A DNA stretch of 64,000 nt from Yuukianura sp. NJ FZ-2021. Lineage: Eukaryota. This document shows, piece by piece, positions 12,770 to 25,675 of the stretch. The notes below the pieces were generated by a model that saw nothing but the letters and a program-made list of their open reading frames with translations, was not told the DNA's origin and ran no database searches. The stretch's first letter is position 1, and every line of letters starts with the position of its first letter. The stretch lies in contig CM102284.1 in assembly GCA_046563655.1 (NCBI GenBank), forward strand, positions 3,534,001-3,598,000. Direction: 5' to 3'. The position numbers were made by a program, and so were the translations under genes.

Positions 12770-15025
12770 TCATGGGTGCACTGGAGGTCCAATCCTTTGT
12801 CCATACATGGCATATGGTGATAGGTTTGAGTAGTAGTTGGCCAGTGATTGAGGGTGGGGCACTAAGGAGGAAAGTGATGTGGGAACTCCGAAGCCACCGG
12901 GACCACCAGGTTTACCTGCGGCAGCAGCTAGCGACGCTGCAGCGTAGGGATTGTATCTAGCAGCACTTAGAGGACTGAGCGGTGGAGTTGGATAGGTGCG
13001 ATGCATAGCTGCAGCCGCTGCAGCAGCAGCGCTCATTGAGGAACTCAAAAGAGCATTCGAGTACAGGGAGGCTGGTGAGCTCATGGCCGAGGTCAAACTA
13101 GATGCTTCCGAAGTGCTGCCAGTATTAGGATGTGTTCGGAGATGTTGAAACAGTTCGTCAGAAGAGGGATAGCGTTTTCCACAGTAGCCGTCTCCCATGA
13201 TCCAGTTGCAAATGAACGGGCGCTGAGAGTGTTGTTGTTGCTGTTGAGCCGCCGCAGCAGCAGCCTGAGCATGTTGACTTAACAGGGAAGACGGATAGCC
13301 AGCAGTCGATGTCGCTGGAGCTGACAGTCCAAGTCCTGGTGGTGGAGCCATAAATGGTGGGAGACCAATTGAAAACTTTTGGTGATCACACTGGACACAT
13401 CCGGCGGGGCAGACTCCACCACTGCCTGGTGGGGCTGACAGGAATCCAGGAAATCCAGCAGCAGCAGCCATAGCAGCGGCGTTAGCCATAAGTCCAGGCA
13501 TGCTCAGTGAACAGCCAGTACAAAACGGATCTTTACAAACTGGCACAATGGTCTCAGCTCCCGATGGAGTTTTCACTCTAGTGTAGCTAACGTACGGTGG
13601 CATTCCGTTGCTGCCAAGAGCCGATGGTGGGTAGGCTCCACCAAGAAATGGATGTGACGGTGGGCCAAAAAATGGCGGGCGCATGGCGGGGTTCGTGGGG
13701 TCAAACCCCGGGGGGTAATGAGCTGCAAGGGCACTGAGACTGGAGAGGGCACTGCTATTGGCTTTGAAGTCTTTGTTACCACCAAGTCCATGACCTTGAA
13801 GAACTTCCAGACCGGATCGGATGATAGGCGAAGCTGACGAATGGTCGTCATTGTTCGTGCTAACGGCTCCGGAACTCTTCGGCGACGACTTGCCGTCATC
13901 GGAACATCCACTTCCTGACTTTTTGTCTCCGCCGGATGGTGGAGACTTTCTTGGTTGTTTGGCACTACTACTTCCGCTCCCTCCGGAACAGGATGAGTCG
14001 TGATTCGGAGAATTTGAGGCTGCACGTTTTGATGGAGTTTTAGGCTTTTCGGGATGTTGAGCCGATTCGAGCGGTGACTTGCGAGCAGATTCTTCTCGTT
14101 TTGACGTTAGATTCAGAGATGTTTGAGAGAAAGATTCGTAGGGCTTGAATGCTGGAGATGATTTTCCAGTTCCAGTTGATTTGGTGCTGGCAGAAAACGC
14201 GGGAGTTCCACTACTGTTACCACTTCGGGGTCTAGAGGCAGAGTCACGGTCACGGTCTCTCTCTTGACCTTTGCATGGTCCACTACTGTTGTGATGGGAA
14301 TCTGAAGTGTTGCTGCTGCTCAAATTGAGTGAAGTGCTCGAATCACTGCTGGTTGATGACTTGCGCTTGGAATCAAGCGATGGAAGAAGCGATTTTGTAT
14401 TTGGTGAGTCAGCGCCGATTTGACTGCATGTTTGAGCCAATAGGGCCAATGGGCTTTTCTTTGCATCCAACTACAATTTGAACAAGTTAAAACAAATTTT
14501 TAGCAAAATACAAGATTTTTTAACTTATTAATAATTGCAGTTAAAATCAGCGTTTAATTTAGTTTGAACTTCACGGCAGTTCAAAAGAAAAGAAACTTTC
14601 TAGTTCAATTTGTTGTGAAAATCCAAAGTTAAAGTTTGTTTACAACAATTGAAAAGTTCATCCGGATTAGTCGAAACAATTTTTATAAAATGAAAAAGAA
14701 TCGAGTCGATTGCGTCCAAAGTGATTTTGAAATCGTGAGAAATCAAAAATCGAAAGGATTTTAATAAATGGAAAAGTGCAGAATCGTTATTGTTCTTAGA
14801 ATCTGCCGTTTACAAAAATTTGTAAAACTGAGCAGTTTTGATAAACTTTTAAAAATTATATATTTTTAAAGTCTGAAATATCGTATTGAAATCTCAGCAA
14901 TACAATGGCTGTTAAAATTTTAGTTAGCAAACACTAACCGTTGTTGGCAATGGTGACAAATAGTCGGGTTGGAGGTACTGATTTGGGCCAGTGCCCATCA
15001 TGTTGTGGCCGTCCAGAACAACCAT
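12770..15025 (-). CDS. noc: NET-family zinc-finger repressor no ocelli (Noc; ZNF503/ZNF703 family), 595 aa; exons 15025-14939 and 14470-12770
   Basis: Exon 1 encodes MVVLDGHNMMGTGPNQYLQPDYLSPLPTT, spliced (GTTAGT...GTAG, phase 0) to LDAKKSPLALLAQTCSQIG (Sp motif). Also present: FKPY Groucho-binding motif, Buttonhead-like box CKDPFCTGC, C2H2 finger FICNWIMGDGYCGKRYPSSDELFQHLRTH, and C-terminal RYNPY / YGQRIG motifs. The MVVL start favours noc over elbow. Confidence 0.93.
14569..14750 (+). repeat. Diverged direct repeat copy A (in noc intron); copy B at 15829-16030
   Basis: CTTCACGGCAGTTCAAAAGAAAAGAAACTTT(C/T)TAGTTCAATTT...ATCCAAAGTTA is nearly identical at 14569 and 15829. Both copies continue with TTTTTATAAAAT..AAAGAATCGAGTCGATTG and TGATTTTGAAATCG. 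Confidence 0.85.
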
Positions 15026-15828
15026 TGGAGGTCACAAGGTCAACCGTTTCCTTTCAGTTAGGCTTTTCAAAATTCACGAAACTTCAAAAACTCCAAAATG
15101 CTTTTGACCACTTTTCACAATTTCTGCGGATCGACTTCTTACCACTCTCAACTTTTACAAAATCTTCCAACTTTCTCTTCCTTGAGGGTCCACTCTGGAA
15201 CAACTTTCCAAAATTTCTAACTTTTCAATAACTTCTCGCTTTTAAATTCCGAAACTGAATGTTGGACTTTCACTATTGTCACTTTCAAAAAGAACAAGTG
15301 AAACCAAGAGGCTTTTAACAAAAGCTGCGACACTGTCGGAGTCTAGCTGAGAACTGAAGTTGGTTTGGACGAGAAGAGGCTGAAGTTGTTCTGCGGAAAG
15401 TGTAAAAGGCTTTGCGATGGGTTCCGTAGGTTGCAGAGCCCAAGTCCCAGCCATTTCCCCTTCCTCTGCTCATGCGCACTGCTGAATAGTGTTGCTCTTA
15501 GCGGTGTAGCATGGATTTTGAAGAAGTCTGTACAGACCCAGGGTTGATCCTCATCCGAATTTCGTTGGTAGAGAACAAAGGAAGATTCATTCCATTGTTT
15601 TATTTGTCGTTTGTTCTGTTCCTGGTGGCTAAATCGTTGGTTCAAATAGCCTCAGTCGAAGTAATCCTCCACTGATCTTTTCAACCTCGGCAAAAGGTTT
15701 GTGCTAAAGTCAAGTCCACATGGCACAAACTAAAAAGAACACAAATTGGATTTACTCCTTCAAAGAACAATGAACAGAGTTCAACCACAATTTCTCAGAC
15801 CAATCCCGATGGAAATCCAAAGAACAAG

Positions 15829-16030
15829 CTTCACGGCAGTTCAAAAGAAAAGAAACTTTTTAGTTCAATTTCGTGTGAGTATCCAAAGTTACCTTGAATT
15901 TTTGTGCGTTAAACCGGAGGAATGAAAACGATTTTTATAAAATCAGAAAGAATCGAGTCGATTGGATTGGTATTGATTGGGTCCAAATCCGAAACCAAAA
16001 TGATTTTGAAATCGGAAAGAATCGAATAAT
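15829..16030 (+). repeat. Diverged direct repeat copy B (upstream of noc), continuing into AATCG/CGATT-rich sequence
   Basis: Same block as 14569-14750 at an offset of 1260 bp. Confidence 0.85.
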
Positions 16031-17595
16031 CGAAACGATTTTCGTAAAATGAAAAATTACGATTAAAGAGTGTGTCTGAGGCAATCGAAGCACTAAAATC
16101 GTAAAAAGTCGAGTTGATTTTATCATATATGAAATAATCGCGCAAAAATCGTACGCGATTACAGTGTATCCCAAAAAATCGGATTGAATACTGAATTGTG
16201 GAAAGCATTGGCGCGATTGGATTGTACCCTAAAAATCAAATTTTCGAAAAATATAAATAAATAAAAGAATAAACTTAAAATTAAATTAAATTAAATATTT
16301 CTAATATTAAAAATGTTATTGTAGATCTTATTGTAGGTTATGTAGTAAGTAGCGTTATTTGGCAATTTATTTGTCAATTCGATTTTTTGTAATAGATTTT
16401 CTATTACGCTTCCAAATTTTCATAACTGGCTAGATTTGCTTTTGAACGTATTATTTTCCAAATTTGTTTAATTCAGTGTTGAAGTTAGACATATTTCGTG
16501 ACTTGACCCTTGACCTCTAGAAGTTGAACTGCTTGAAAAGTAGAAGTTCTGCTGAAGCATGAAGCGTCAAGGGTTGGGGTTTAGGTTAGGCTAGGGTTAG
16601 GCATGAGTGAGTTGGTGAAGATTAAGTGCTTAGCGTCTGCCTCGGAGCCATGGCGTTGTACCTGAAGATGAAAGATGTCAAACTGGATTTTCTCATGTCA
16701 TGTCATCCCTGTCAACGGGCATAAAGAGAAGAAGAAGAGGCTTTTCAACTTACGACCTGTCAACCACCATTTTTATTTAATCAAATGACATCTCTTGGCA
16801 ATATGTCAACTCCAACTCCCCCTTGACCCCCCAACACCCATAAGTACTCAGACAACCTTCCAAGTTCTTTTTAATGCTTGTGGTTAGTTCATATACAGTT
16901 AACCCATTACTATACGGGTTAACTCCCTGTACCCATGGGATAATTGAATGTACTTCCCAAGTGCATTGCAACTGAATAGTTGGCAATGGATGAGAGTTTG
17001 AAATTATCATTTTCGGCTCATTGGGAGTCAAGTGAAATTTAAGTTTGGCTAATTTGTAATGAGGGTCACGTAAAGTTGGCTTTGAAGACTAGCGAAGTAC
17101 CGTTGGAGTTGGTTTTCGAGATGTGCTGAAATGACATAGAGATTAACACGACAAAGGAACAAAAAGCCGCCGTCCATGTCACTCTCGAATCTCATTTAGA
17201 ATTCGATCAGGTTTACTCAAATTGCAATTGCAAAAGCAGCCTAACTCAAACAGAATAAATTGAAGTTTGAATACACAACAACACAGTTTCCTGCTGTCAT
17301 CCTGTCCATCATTTTCCAACATTCAGTTATTGTCGAAAGCGTTTGTTTTGTTACAGGTGACGATCAGTCAATCAGTCACGCAGTTTGAAGAAATGACAGC
17401 TTCTAAATTATTATCAATCATAAAGGTGCAGCTCCACAGTGTCCGCCGCCGTGTTTCGTAACCAATACCAACCACCATGACCGTGGACGTGAATACTAAT
17501 GTCACTGCGCATGTATAGATTAGAATCGAAGAACAGATTGAAGTCGAGAGAGGCTGTTGTGTCACTGACAATCGTCAATTGATTTCCGATTCCTC

Positions 17596-17655
17596 TGACA
17601 GGAATTGATTGACAGAGAGAGATGAGGTTTAGTCATCCATGGGAATGATTGATGG
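17596..17655 (+). promoter_or_regulatory. Candidate Exd/Hth/Hox composite enhancer sites upstream of noc
   Basis: TGACAG at 17596, TGATTGACAG (PBX-MEIS decamer) at 17606-17615 and TGATTGATGG (PBX-HOX type) at 17646-17655, all within 60 bp. Confidence 0.4.
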
Positions 17656-18276
17656 GTTTTAGACGCTTCAAGGATTTGACATGTACCAAAACGCTGAAAG
17701 ATCAGACACTGGAAACGACTCAAGAGTTATCTTCCCCTCTCCCACTTGGATCCACTTAACATCATGTCCAACGCATCTGTTTATGTTTTTAGAACAAGGA
17801 TCATTTCCATTTTCCACAACCTACGAAATAACCAAGGTTTTGACAAAATGGTTATGGTTTGCACTTTGTGGATGAGGAGAGCGTGAAACGCCGTTGTTGC
17901 ACCGTTGAAGTTACACACCGTGTCCAAGGGCAAGGCTCAATTTATTAGAGTCAGGTTCTCATTAGATTTGGTTGTTTGAACTGTAAGTTGCAAAGTGACT
18001 CATAAAATGGTCTAAAAGTGAGGCTGAGATGGGGCTGGAAGAGGGCGTCTGGAAATGCTTTTAACTTTTATTGATGTGAGAAACTTTTCCAAGGATAAAT
18101 AACGGTGAAAGGAGCCCATTTTAAAACCAACCCGCTTTTATTTCTCACTTGGGAAATGGTCGCCCCCAACCACTGCAGCAGTCGTCCAGTGTCGCTGCAG
18201 TGCTACATTCAGATGTCGCTGCAGCGCTCGGCCCAAAAAGCGCTTGCAACGAAAGGAATCTTGAAGGTAGGCTGAT

Positions 18277-18347
18277 GTTCAATTCTTGGTTGAAGTTCGG
18301 CCGAAACAGTTCAATTCTTGGTTGAAGTTCGCCCGAAACAGTTCAAT
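18277..18347 (+). repeat. 32-bp tandem repeat, ~2.2 copies
   Basis: GTTCAATTCTTGGTTGAAGTTCG(G/C)CCGAAACA at 18277 and 18309, with a partial third copy at 18341. Confidence 0.9.
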
Positions 18348-21300
18348 CCGTAGACGATTTCGGTGGGCCCTTGAGCCCCACCGGTGACTTGGGGGCGGGG
18401 AAGGCAAGTGACAGCGCATGATGGATCCATCTTGAATCGTGAAGGCTGAGGCACACTTGAGGAGAGAGTCCTTGGAGGGGTCCTGTTCCCTTGGCCCATT
18501 AGCGTCAAAGTCACTTCCAGCCCCAGCATCTTCCAGCATCCCAGAGATCTTGAAGGGCGAGAGATGAAGGATGGACCACTTATCTCAGAACAAACGTCAA
18601 GCAATCCCATCAGTCTTTTGGGAGAACCAACGCACAAACTTAAAAGCTCATAAATCATCTTCCGATCATTTTCCAAAATTCTAAATTTTCAAAATTTCAC
18701 TTCAGCTACAAACCCACGAAGCAGCTTTTCTGTTTCTCTTTGTATTCAATCTTTATCAAAATAAAGTCTCCAAGGACTCAATTTCTCACTCTCTCGACAA
18801 CTTTGGTCGGTATAAACTAAAATTAATTACAAAATTGCACTAAATAACTCAAAACTTTTGAAAACTTAGACAAAATTAAAATTTTGACCAAATTAATTTT
18901 CAGAAACAAAAAAATATTCAAAAACCAGAAATTGAGATCCATTGAACACCTCAAACATCTAGAATTATTGCAGGAGATGAAAATATTTTTAGAAGATGGC
19001 GCAAAAATTTTGAAATCCAACTTACTAATTTCATGTTGTTTTAATTTTACAGTCGTTTAAGACCTAGGAAATGGCTCTTTTTGTGCCAAAAATTGGGTGT
19101 TGGGCAATGAATTTTGAGGGCTGATGTTGATGAAGCGACTGGGCTGACTGGGGCGCTCTAAATCATTATTTATGGATTTGACCCCTTGACCCCCTGACTC
19201 TCCTTCGTGAGGCCGCCGGACGAAGATTGGTTAGGCTATTGGTCCATTGGCCATTACTTGCTCCATTCATCATCCCATGTAATTTGGAATCCACTTTGGA
19301 CAAGATCATTTCCAATGAGATTCTGCATCTGCCTCCAAGTACTCATCAATCACATCTTAGTCAACTGGCCTCTGACTTATGTTTATGGATTTATGACTCA
19401 GGATGTTTATCCTCTAGGCTACTCTCTCCCTCTTTAAGTGTCTTCTGTAGTTAAGTAATTGAGAAATTAATTGTATACCCCACGAGCACCATAACCAAAA
19501 TTCGCTTCTCTTCAAAGGCCATTCACACACGAATAATCATAAAAGTCAACAAAATTTATGAGATCATCACGAGATCTTTCTGGGGCAGTTCATATCCCTA
19601 CTGTCGCCATTTTATCAGTCATGCAAAGTCGCCGAAAATGCTTCCCATTACTTTGTATACGCAACCTAGCATTGCCTGCGTCATACGTTCACAAGCATAG
19701 TTTTTTGGATGGCTAAACTTTAACATATTTTGCTGATTTTGCCCGTAAAATTTGCACAAAATTTTCTATTTTTGGGTTTCCTTAAAAAACGTTTCCTCAT
19801 GCATTAGTTGCGCTATGCTTAAAAAATTACTCCCAAAGTGGATTTTTTTTTGAAAATTATTTTGATAATTGAAGAAATTTTTAGAAATTCTGAAACATCA
19901 ACTCTGTGACATAGACAGCACGTAACGCTTTGCCCCTCCCCCAAAAAGGGGTAGAAAATAATTACTTTTTATATTATATAACATGTGATTTGATACTGCG
20001 TTGATGTGGCAGGATTTCTTGGAGACTTGGATTTAGTGAAGTGGAGGGGCCCTTGAGCCTTGAATTGTCAAAGTGAAGCTAAAAGGGCGCCGCCAAAGTC
20101 CAAGTGGAGTTTAATGGCCCCCCATAACTGTGATAAGTGCCAACAATAAATAAGGGAATGGAGGACCACAACGACCCTAAAACAGGGAAAGTCTCTCCTT
20201 GGCGGTCACTTCACTTCCAGATGGACCATCAACATTTCTCTACGCTACTGGTCACTTACGACACTTCAGTTGACGACAATTGGCGGCGACAGTCGTAAAT
20301 TGCCATAAGATGGACAGACAACAATGAGACCCTATTGTTCCCTTCTGCGGAGCTGCTCTCTCGTGGGTTGTTGGGAACGGGGCTTAAGACAGTAGAATCT
20401 TTGACGTTGTCGAGACATAATGACATGTCATGGGATCCAGGAGAGACGCTGATTGAAGCATCCTCATCCAGTACCGTAAGAAGTCCCATTATCAACACTT
20501 CTGAGTCTCCAATTTTCAAAAAAGAGGTTGAAAAGTTATTTGAGGCAGCACTCTGCTGCTGATGAATCCCAAGCATCAATCAACTGCCTGCTAGAAGTGA
20601 AAATTTGATGTTTGGAGAGCGGTGTGTTTTATTTGAAGAAGCCTTTTGGCCATGGTCTGTCTTCGAGAGCCTGAATAACAGGAAGAAGGAACTCCCCATC
20701 TGCCTGTCGACGTGTCCAACACGCCCTTCATCTTCGTCTCCTCGACACAAGGAAGATGAAGGTTGATGTTGATGATGATGAATGAGGGGGTTCATAATCC
20801 ATAATGCATCTTCTGATTTAGACCAGCTCAGCTCATTATGCTCACTCCAACACCGCCGTGGCAGCATAACCTAACAAAAACCTAACTTAAACCTCAAAAA
20901 GTTAGGCTATTCCCTCATTAGAGTCTCCCACGTTCGTCAAATGACATAGCAAAATTCAAACTCCCACGGAGGTCACCACAGTTAACCTTGAAAAATGTTG
21001 GAATTGTTAGGGTGGAGAGTTATGTTTTTGTTAAGGTTAGGCACATCTACGACATAAGTTTTTATTCTAATGGAACACCTTGTTCACTTTGAAGTTTTTG
21101 TAAAGAGTTTGGAGAGATGAATGGTGAGAAGTGTGTTTGTGGGATAAGAACAAGTTTTTAAAAAGGTTTTGTTCCAAACACAATTATTTATGAAGTTCTT
21201 GGGCGGAGTGGAGCGGAGACCACCGGACCGATAAGGATCTGACAGGACAAGACATGATCGGCTCCTTTGAACTTTGACATGAAACCCACCAGAAGAAGCT

Positions 21301-21560
21301 TTTGAGACAGTCCTGGAAGGGATCCAGCAGGAACTGATTAAGCTCTGCACTCAGCTTCCTTACACTAACAATAATAATAACATCACTCAAAAAGACGCTC
21401 CAAATGTTAGGCCCAAACTACGGAAAAACTTTTCCTTGAAAACATAACCTAATCCCTAACCTAACAAACCTAACTTAGGATAAGGACATTGAAAACACAA
21501 AATAATAACCTAATCGCAACGAAAACTAAAACTAAACATCACAAAAGTGAGCTGAAATAT

Positions 21561-21733
21561 TGGTTGAAGTAAAGCAGAACCGATTCCGACTTTCTTAACA
21601 ATTAAACACAAATAATTAGTTTTTTTACAATTTGTATCGACATTATTTTAACTAACCACTGTAACCAACGAGTGGTTACTTATATGACGCCTGGCGTGGT
21701 TACAACCGATGCAACTTTGCTTTACCTCAACCA
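21561..21733. mobile_element. Small MITE-like element with TGGTTGA(A/G)GTAAAGCA terminal inverted repeats
   Basis: Left end TGGTTGAAGTAAAGCAGA, right end TTTGCTTTACCTCAACCA, internal GTAACCA/GTGGTTAC motifs. Related to the element at 35621-35820. No clear target-site duplication. Confidence 0.6.
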
Positions 21734-23076
21734 AAATTTAAAAAAATGCAAGTTTTGGAAATTTGCAAGATAAAATTGAAATTGAATGACACAGATTTGG
21801 TTTGGGTGGATTCGCACTTTGAGTGAATCCAAACTGACGTGGCGTTTGACAAATGACCTTGGTGTGGTGGGGCCTGCAAATGCTGCCATTTGAAATGGAA
21901 AGCGTGAATCAGGGGAGTGATCCTTCATGTCTCGACTCACTCACAAAAGAAGTCCAAGTTGAAAGGAAGATGAAAACTGTCATTTTGAATCCCATCGCCG
22001 CATGATCCCACAACCTACAAACGTTCATTGTGAAGCGGGTTTTTTCAATTCCATTTTGAGAAGATGACGGGGTGTGGATCGTCTTCCTCTTCCCAAAGTC
22101 ACTGTCCATTCCCTACTCCTTCGATCCAAACCAAGACTTGGATGCTGTCCAAAGCTTCAGCTTTTTGAAAAGAAGGAAAATTGGACCTTGTCATGTTGCT
22201 TGTCTTCCTTGTCAAATTCACTTCACACCAATGAAGACTGTTTCATACTTGGAAAAATCAGGGATAAAGCATCATCTTCATCATTAGAAACACTTCGGAA
22301 TCAAGGACACACAACGCATGTCACATGAAACAGACAGACATGTGACAGTTAAGACATGGACACACGCCCACCTTAATTCAACCGATCGTTGCATAACGAT
22401 CTTTAGTCTCTGGACTAATAACAGTCTTTCAAGATCTCAATTTTTTGGGTCAAGCCAACAAAAGTAGAAGTTTCCGTCTTCTTTTTCAAAATTAAAAAAA
22501 CTGGGAACAAAAGTAACAAAATTGGTTTTAAAAACTGACAGGATGATGTCAGTGTAACTTTAAAAATGATTACTATTTAGCACTTCAAGTGCTAAAAAAT
22601 ATTTCAAGTGGGGATAAAAATTTGTAATGATAAATAATTAATTGACGTGGTGGAAGTATCCACTTCGAATTTAGAATGGATTGATTGATTGAGAAAACAA
22701 AATCGTTTGCTTTTCCATTGTGTAACTGAAGATTGAACTTTGCATCATTTTGTTAAAGTCATCATTTTTTTTTAATTCAGCAGAGTCATATGATGAAAGT
22801 AGCGCTGGAAATTAGTCAATTTCCCAACAAATTTGACAAGAATTGTCAATTTTTCATTGTAAACTTCTTCTTTGCAAACGTGTGCAAAATTCAGAAATTT
22901 TCCAAAGAAATTCCCAACAAATCCTAACAAATTTCTAAAAGTTGTGTACTTTTCCGTTTCAACTTGCAAAAACAGAAAATCTCGGTGTTTAGGGTAAGTT
23001 GAATTTTTAACTTATCGTAAAACGTAAGTTACACTTTTAGTTACTTTTTGAAGTTTAGTAGGGTGTTTAAGCTTTA

Positions 23077-24233
23077 AGCTTCCCGCTCACCAAACTTTCG
23101 GCCCGAAAAAGTGGCGACGATGATTTGTCGGCTCCACTTTGTCTTTTCTGAATCTTAGTACAGCACACTGCCATGACTCAAACGACGGCGCGTCGATGCC
23201 ACTTTTGGAGCAGAACTTTTTTCGTCTCCACTTTTTCTCTGCACACAGCACACTGTCAAACTGAAACGAAAAAATAGCGCCGACGTTCGGCGGTCAACTT
23301 TCGTTTCACTTGGTGTGCTGTACATCTCAATTCCCGTCTTACATACTTTGGCACCATTGTCACAAATTCAAAAATAAGGTTTGTAAACAAACCTTGTTAT
23401 ATAGTATACCGATTAGCAAACGAGCATAGAGCTATGCTGCTATACCTGGGTTACACAAGTCATCAATGATCAACCTTGTGTGTAATTAAACTGATGAATT
23501 ATGCCGAAGTGACTCCAAAGGGGATGACATAGGCATCTACAGCAGTAACTAAGTTTAATTAATTAAGGGTTAATTAATTTTAATCACTTTCAGATCTTTG
23601 AATGTGTAGTATTTTCACTACAGAAAGATATTAAAATAATTTTAATCACATAATTGTGATAATGTACAGTGAGAATTTTATGTTTTGGACCAAAAAAACC
23701 TTCTCCAAAACCTCTTTTCCTCTCCACGTCGATTTCAACCCTTGATTCAAAGGTCGAAATCGAGGTGGAAAGGAAAAGAGGTTTTGGAAAAGGTTTTTTG
23801 GTCCAAAACATAAAATTCTCACTGTACTGTTTTGATATATTAAAGCAAGAGATTTGAAAAACTGCTTCCCTTTGGTGTGCGGTATGCAAAGAAAAAGTGG
23901 CGCCGACAACTTTCGTCTCGGAAGTTGAAAAAGTTCAACTTTCCGAAAAGACAAAATTCTGGCCGCCGAAAGGGTTTCTCTCGGCAGTGTGCTGGTTGCG
24001 ACGACGAAAGTGCAAAGAAAAAATTCTTTTCACTTTCGTCTGACGAAAGTTGTCGCGCGACTTGACTCCCGGTGTGCGGGTGTCATGAGTCAAAGTGAGA
24101 CGAAACTTTTCGTCTCACTTTCTGAGACGAAAGTTGTCGTCTCACTTTTTGGGCAGTGTGCTGGCCCAAAGTCAGACGAAAAAGTGGCGACGACAGTCGG
24201 CGGCTGTCGTTTCACTTTGGTGAGCGGGACGCT
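23077..24233. mobile_element. Non-autonomous PIF/Harbinger (Tourist-like) element, 1157 bp, TTA target-site duplication
   Basis: TTA|AGCTTCCCGCTCACCAAA ... TTTGGTGAGCGGGACGCT|TTA (17/18-bp TIR). Subterminal repeats CAGCACACTG / CAGTGTGCTG in mirror orientation, plus repeated AAAAGTGGCG and GACGAAA motifs. No transposase ORF. Confidence 0.75.
23667..23824. mobile_element. 158-bp palindromic Tc1/mariner-type MITE nested in the Harbinger-like element
   Basis: TA|CAGTGAGAATTTTATGTTTTGGACCAAAAAA ... TTTTTTGGTCCAAAACATAAAATTCTCACTG|TA. Nearly the whole element is self-complementary; TA duplication and CAGTG termini. Confidence 0.85.
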
Positions 24234-25662
24234 TTAGGCTACTTAGGCATTAGGTTTACGTTTTTGGTTTCTTTTGAAATGTATTTAATGTTGTTGGGAA
24301 GGAAAAAGAAGACAGGTTACAAATGCGTTGGTATTCATTGTTCTTTTGCGTCATGTCCAAAGTCTCTTAACAACGACGACTAATCATACTTTATCTTTTA
24401 TGAGCCCAGAATACAAAGAACTTGGATCATAAATATCCATTCTAACGTATAGTTACTCCCTCCACCAACCAACCAACCGACCTCGCCTCGTGACCTCCCT
24501 CCCGCACCAGGGGCACGTCTCCCTAATCCCACTCTCTTATTTATGTCTCCCCTGTCTCACCAGATTGCAAAAAGATGAGCGTCAACAAATGTAAAACTTC
24601 TCATTTTTTCAAAACTTAAAAAAAACGAAGCGTAGAAGATGCTTTTAATCCATTCCATCATGAATCATGGCATTGCCACTGTTTAATTGCTTTGTTGCAT
24701 CACTTGACGTTCTGGGTACTTCATCAATCAACATCTTCAACAAAAACTGCTGAGTAACGGAATTTGATCTCTATTCAAACATTTTGCAAACTAAAACACA
24801 AAAGGTTTTCAATTACTTGAGCATGCGTGATCTTGTGTTGAAAAGTGAACAAAGAAAAAATGGCGCCCAAAATGGAATCGCTGAACATAAAAAATGACTT
24901 TGATGAAGGTTTGGCTTTGGGTGTGGAAGCGACAACAACAATTATTTATGAAAAGCATCTTCCCACAAATCTTCACTCACGCTGATCGCTTCAATCAAAA
25001 AATCATGCAAAGAACAATGTAGATGATTGTGCTGCGTAATCCTTACAGCATCATCCATCTTCTTCCCCTGTCTCCACTTCTGACGGACTGACAACATGGA
25101 ACAGACGACCACCGACGAACAAATTTAAGCCCAGGAACAATCCCTCCAGGCGTTTTTTCCAAACAGGACGGATTAAACTGTGTCCATGTTCCAAAACATT
25201 TCAAAAGATTTTGTCCAGCATGAGTTTACACTTTCTTGCTTCTGTTTGAATCAGAGTCATTAAGGAGACACCCAACGCACTAATTACAAATCTAATTCAA
25301 CAAAATCACTCATCCTCGGAAAACCAAAAAAAAAACTTGTTTTGAAGACGCTCTTCAGAAATATTTTGAAAAAGCAATTCAAAGGAAGATTTTGAAAACG
25401 CTTTCGCCAATAATGGAAAATTCGTTTAAAATGAAAAATTTCCCGGCATTTGGATTTACTTTTCTTTGAATTCCTGCTTTGTTTCTGGCAAAAAAAAATT
25501 CAGAATCTCTCTTCAAAAATTCTCAAACTCAAAGAATCTAGTCGAATTTGTGTTAAAAACGAAAAAATTTTCAAAAAATTTTTATTCATGGCGTTTTGTT
25601 AAAGACAAGGGGTTTAGCTTTTTGTTGAAATCCAAACAGATGATACACGAGTTAGAGTTTGT

Positions 25663-25675
25663 TGACCTTTGACCT
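25663..25675 (-). promoter_or_regulatory. Perfect nuclear-receptor DR1 element
   Basis: TGACCTTTGACCT = AGGTCA-A-AGGTCA on the minus strand. Confidence 0.5.

Noticed and set aside
13573..14025. Alternative-frame ORFs within noc exon 2
   Set aside because: Explained by codon structure of the real low-complexity CDS.
23590..23954. Mirror-image ORFs sharing peptide text on both strands
   Set aside because: Artefact of the palindromic MITE.
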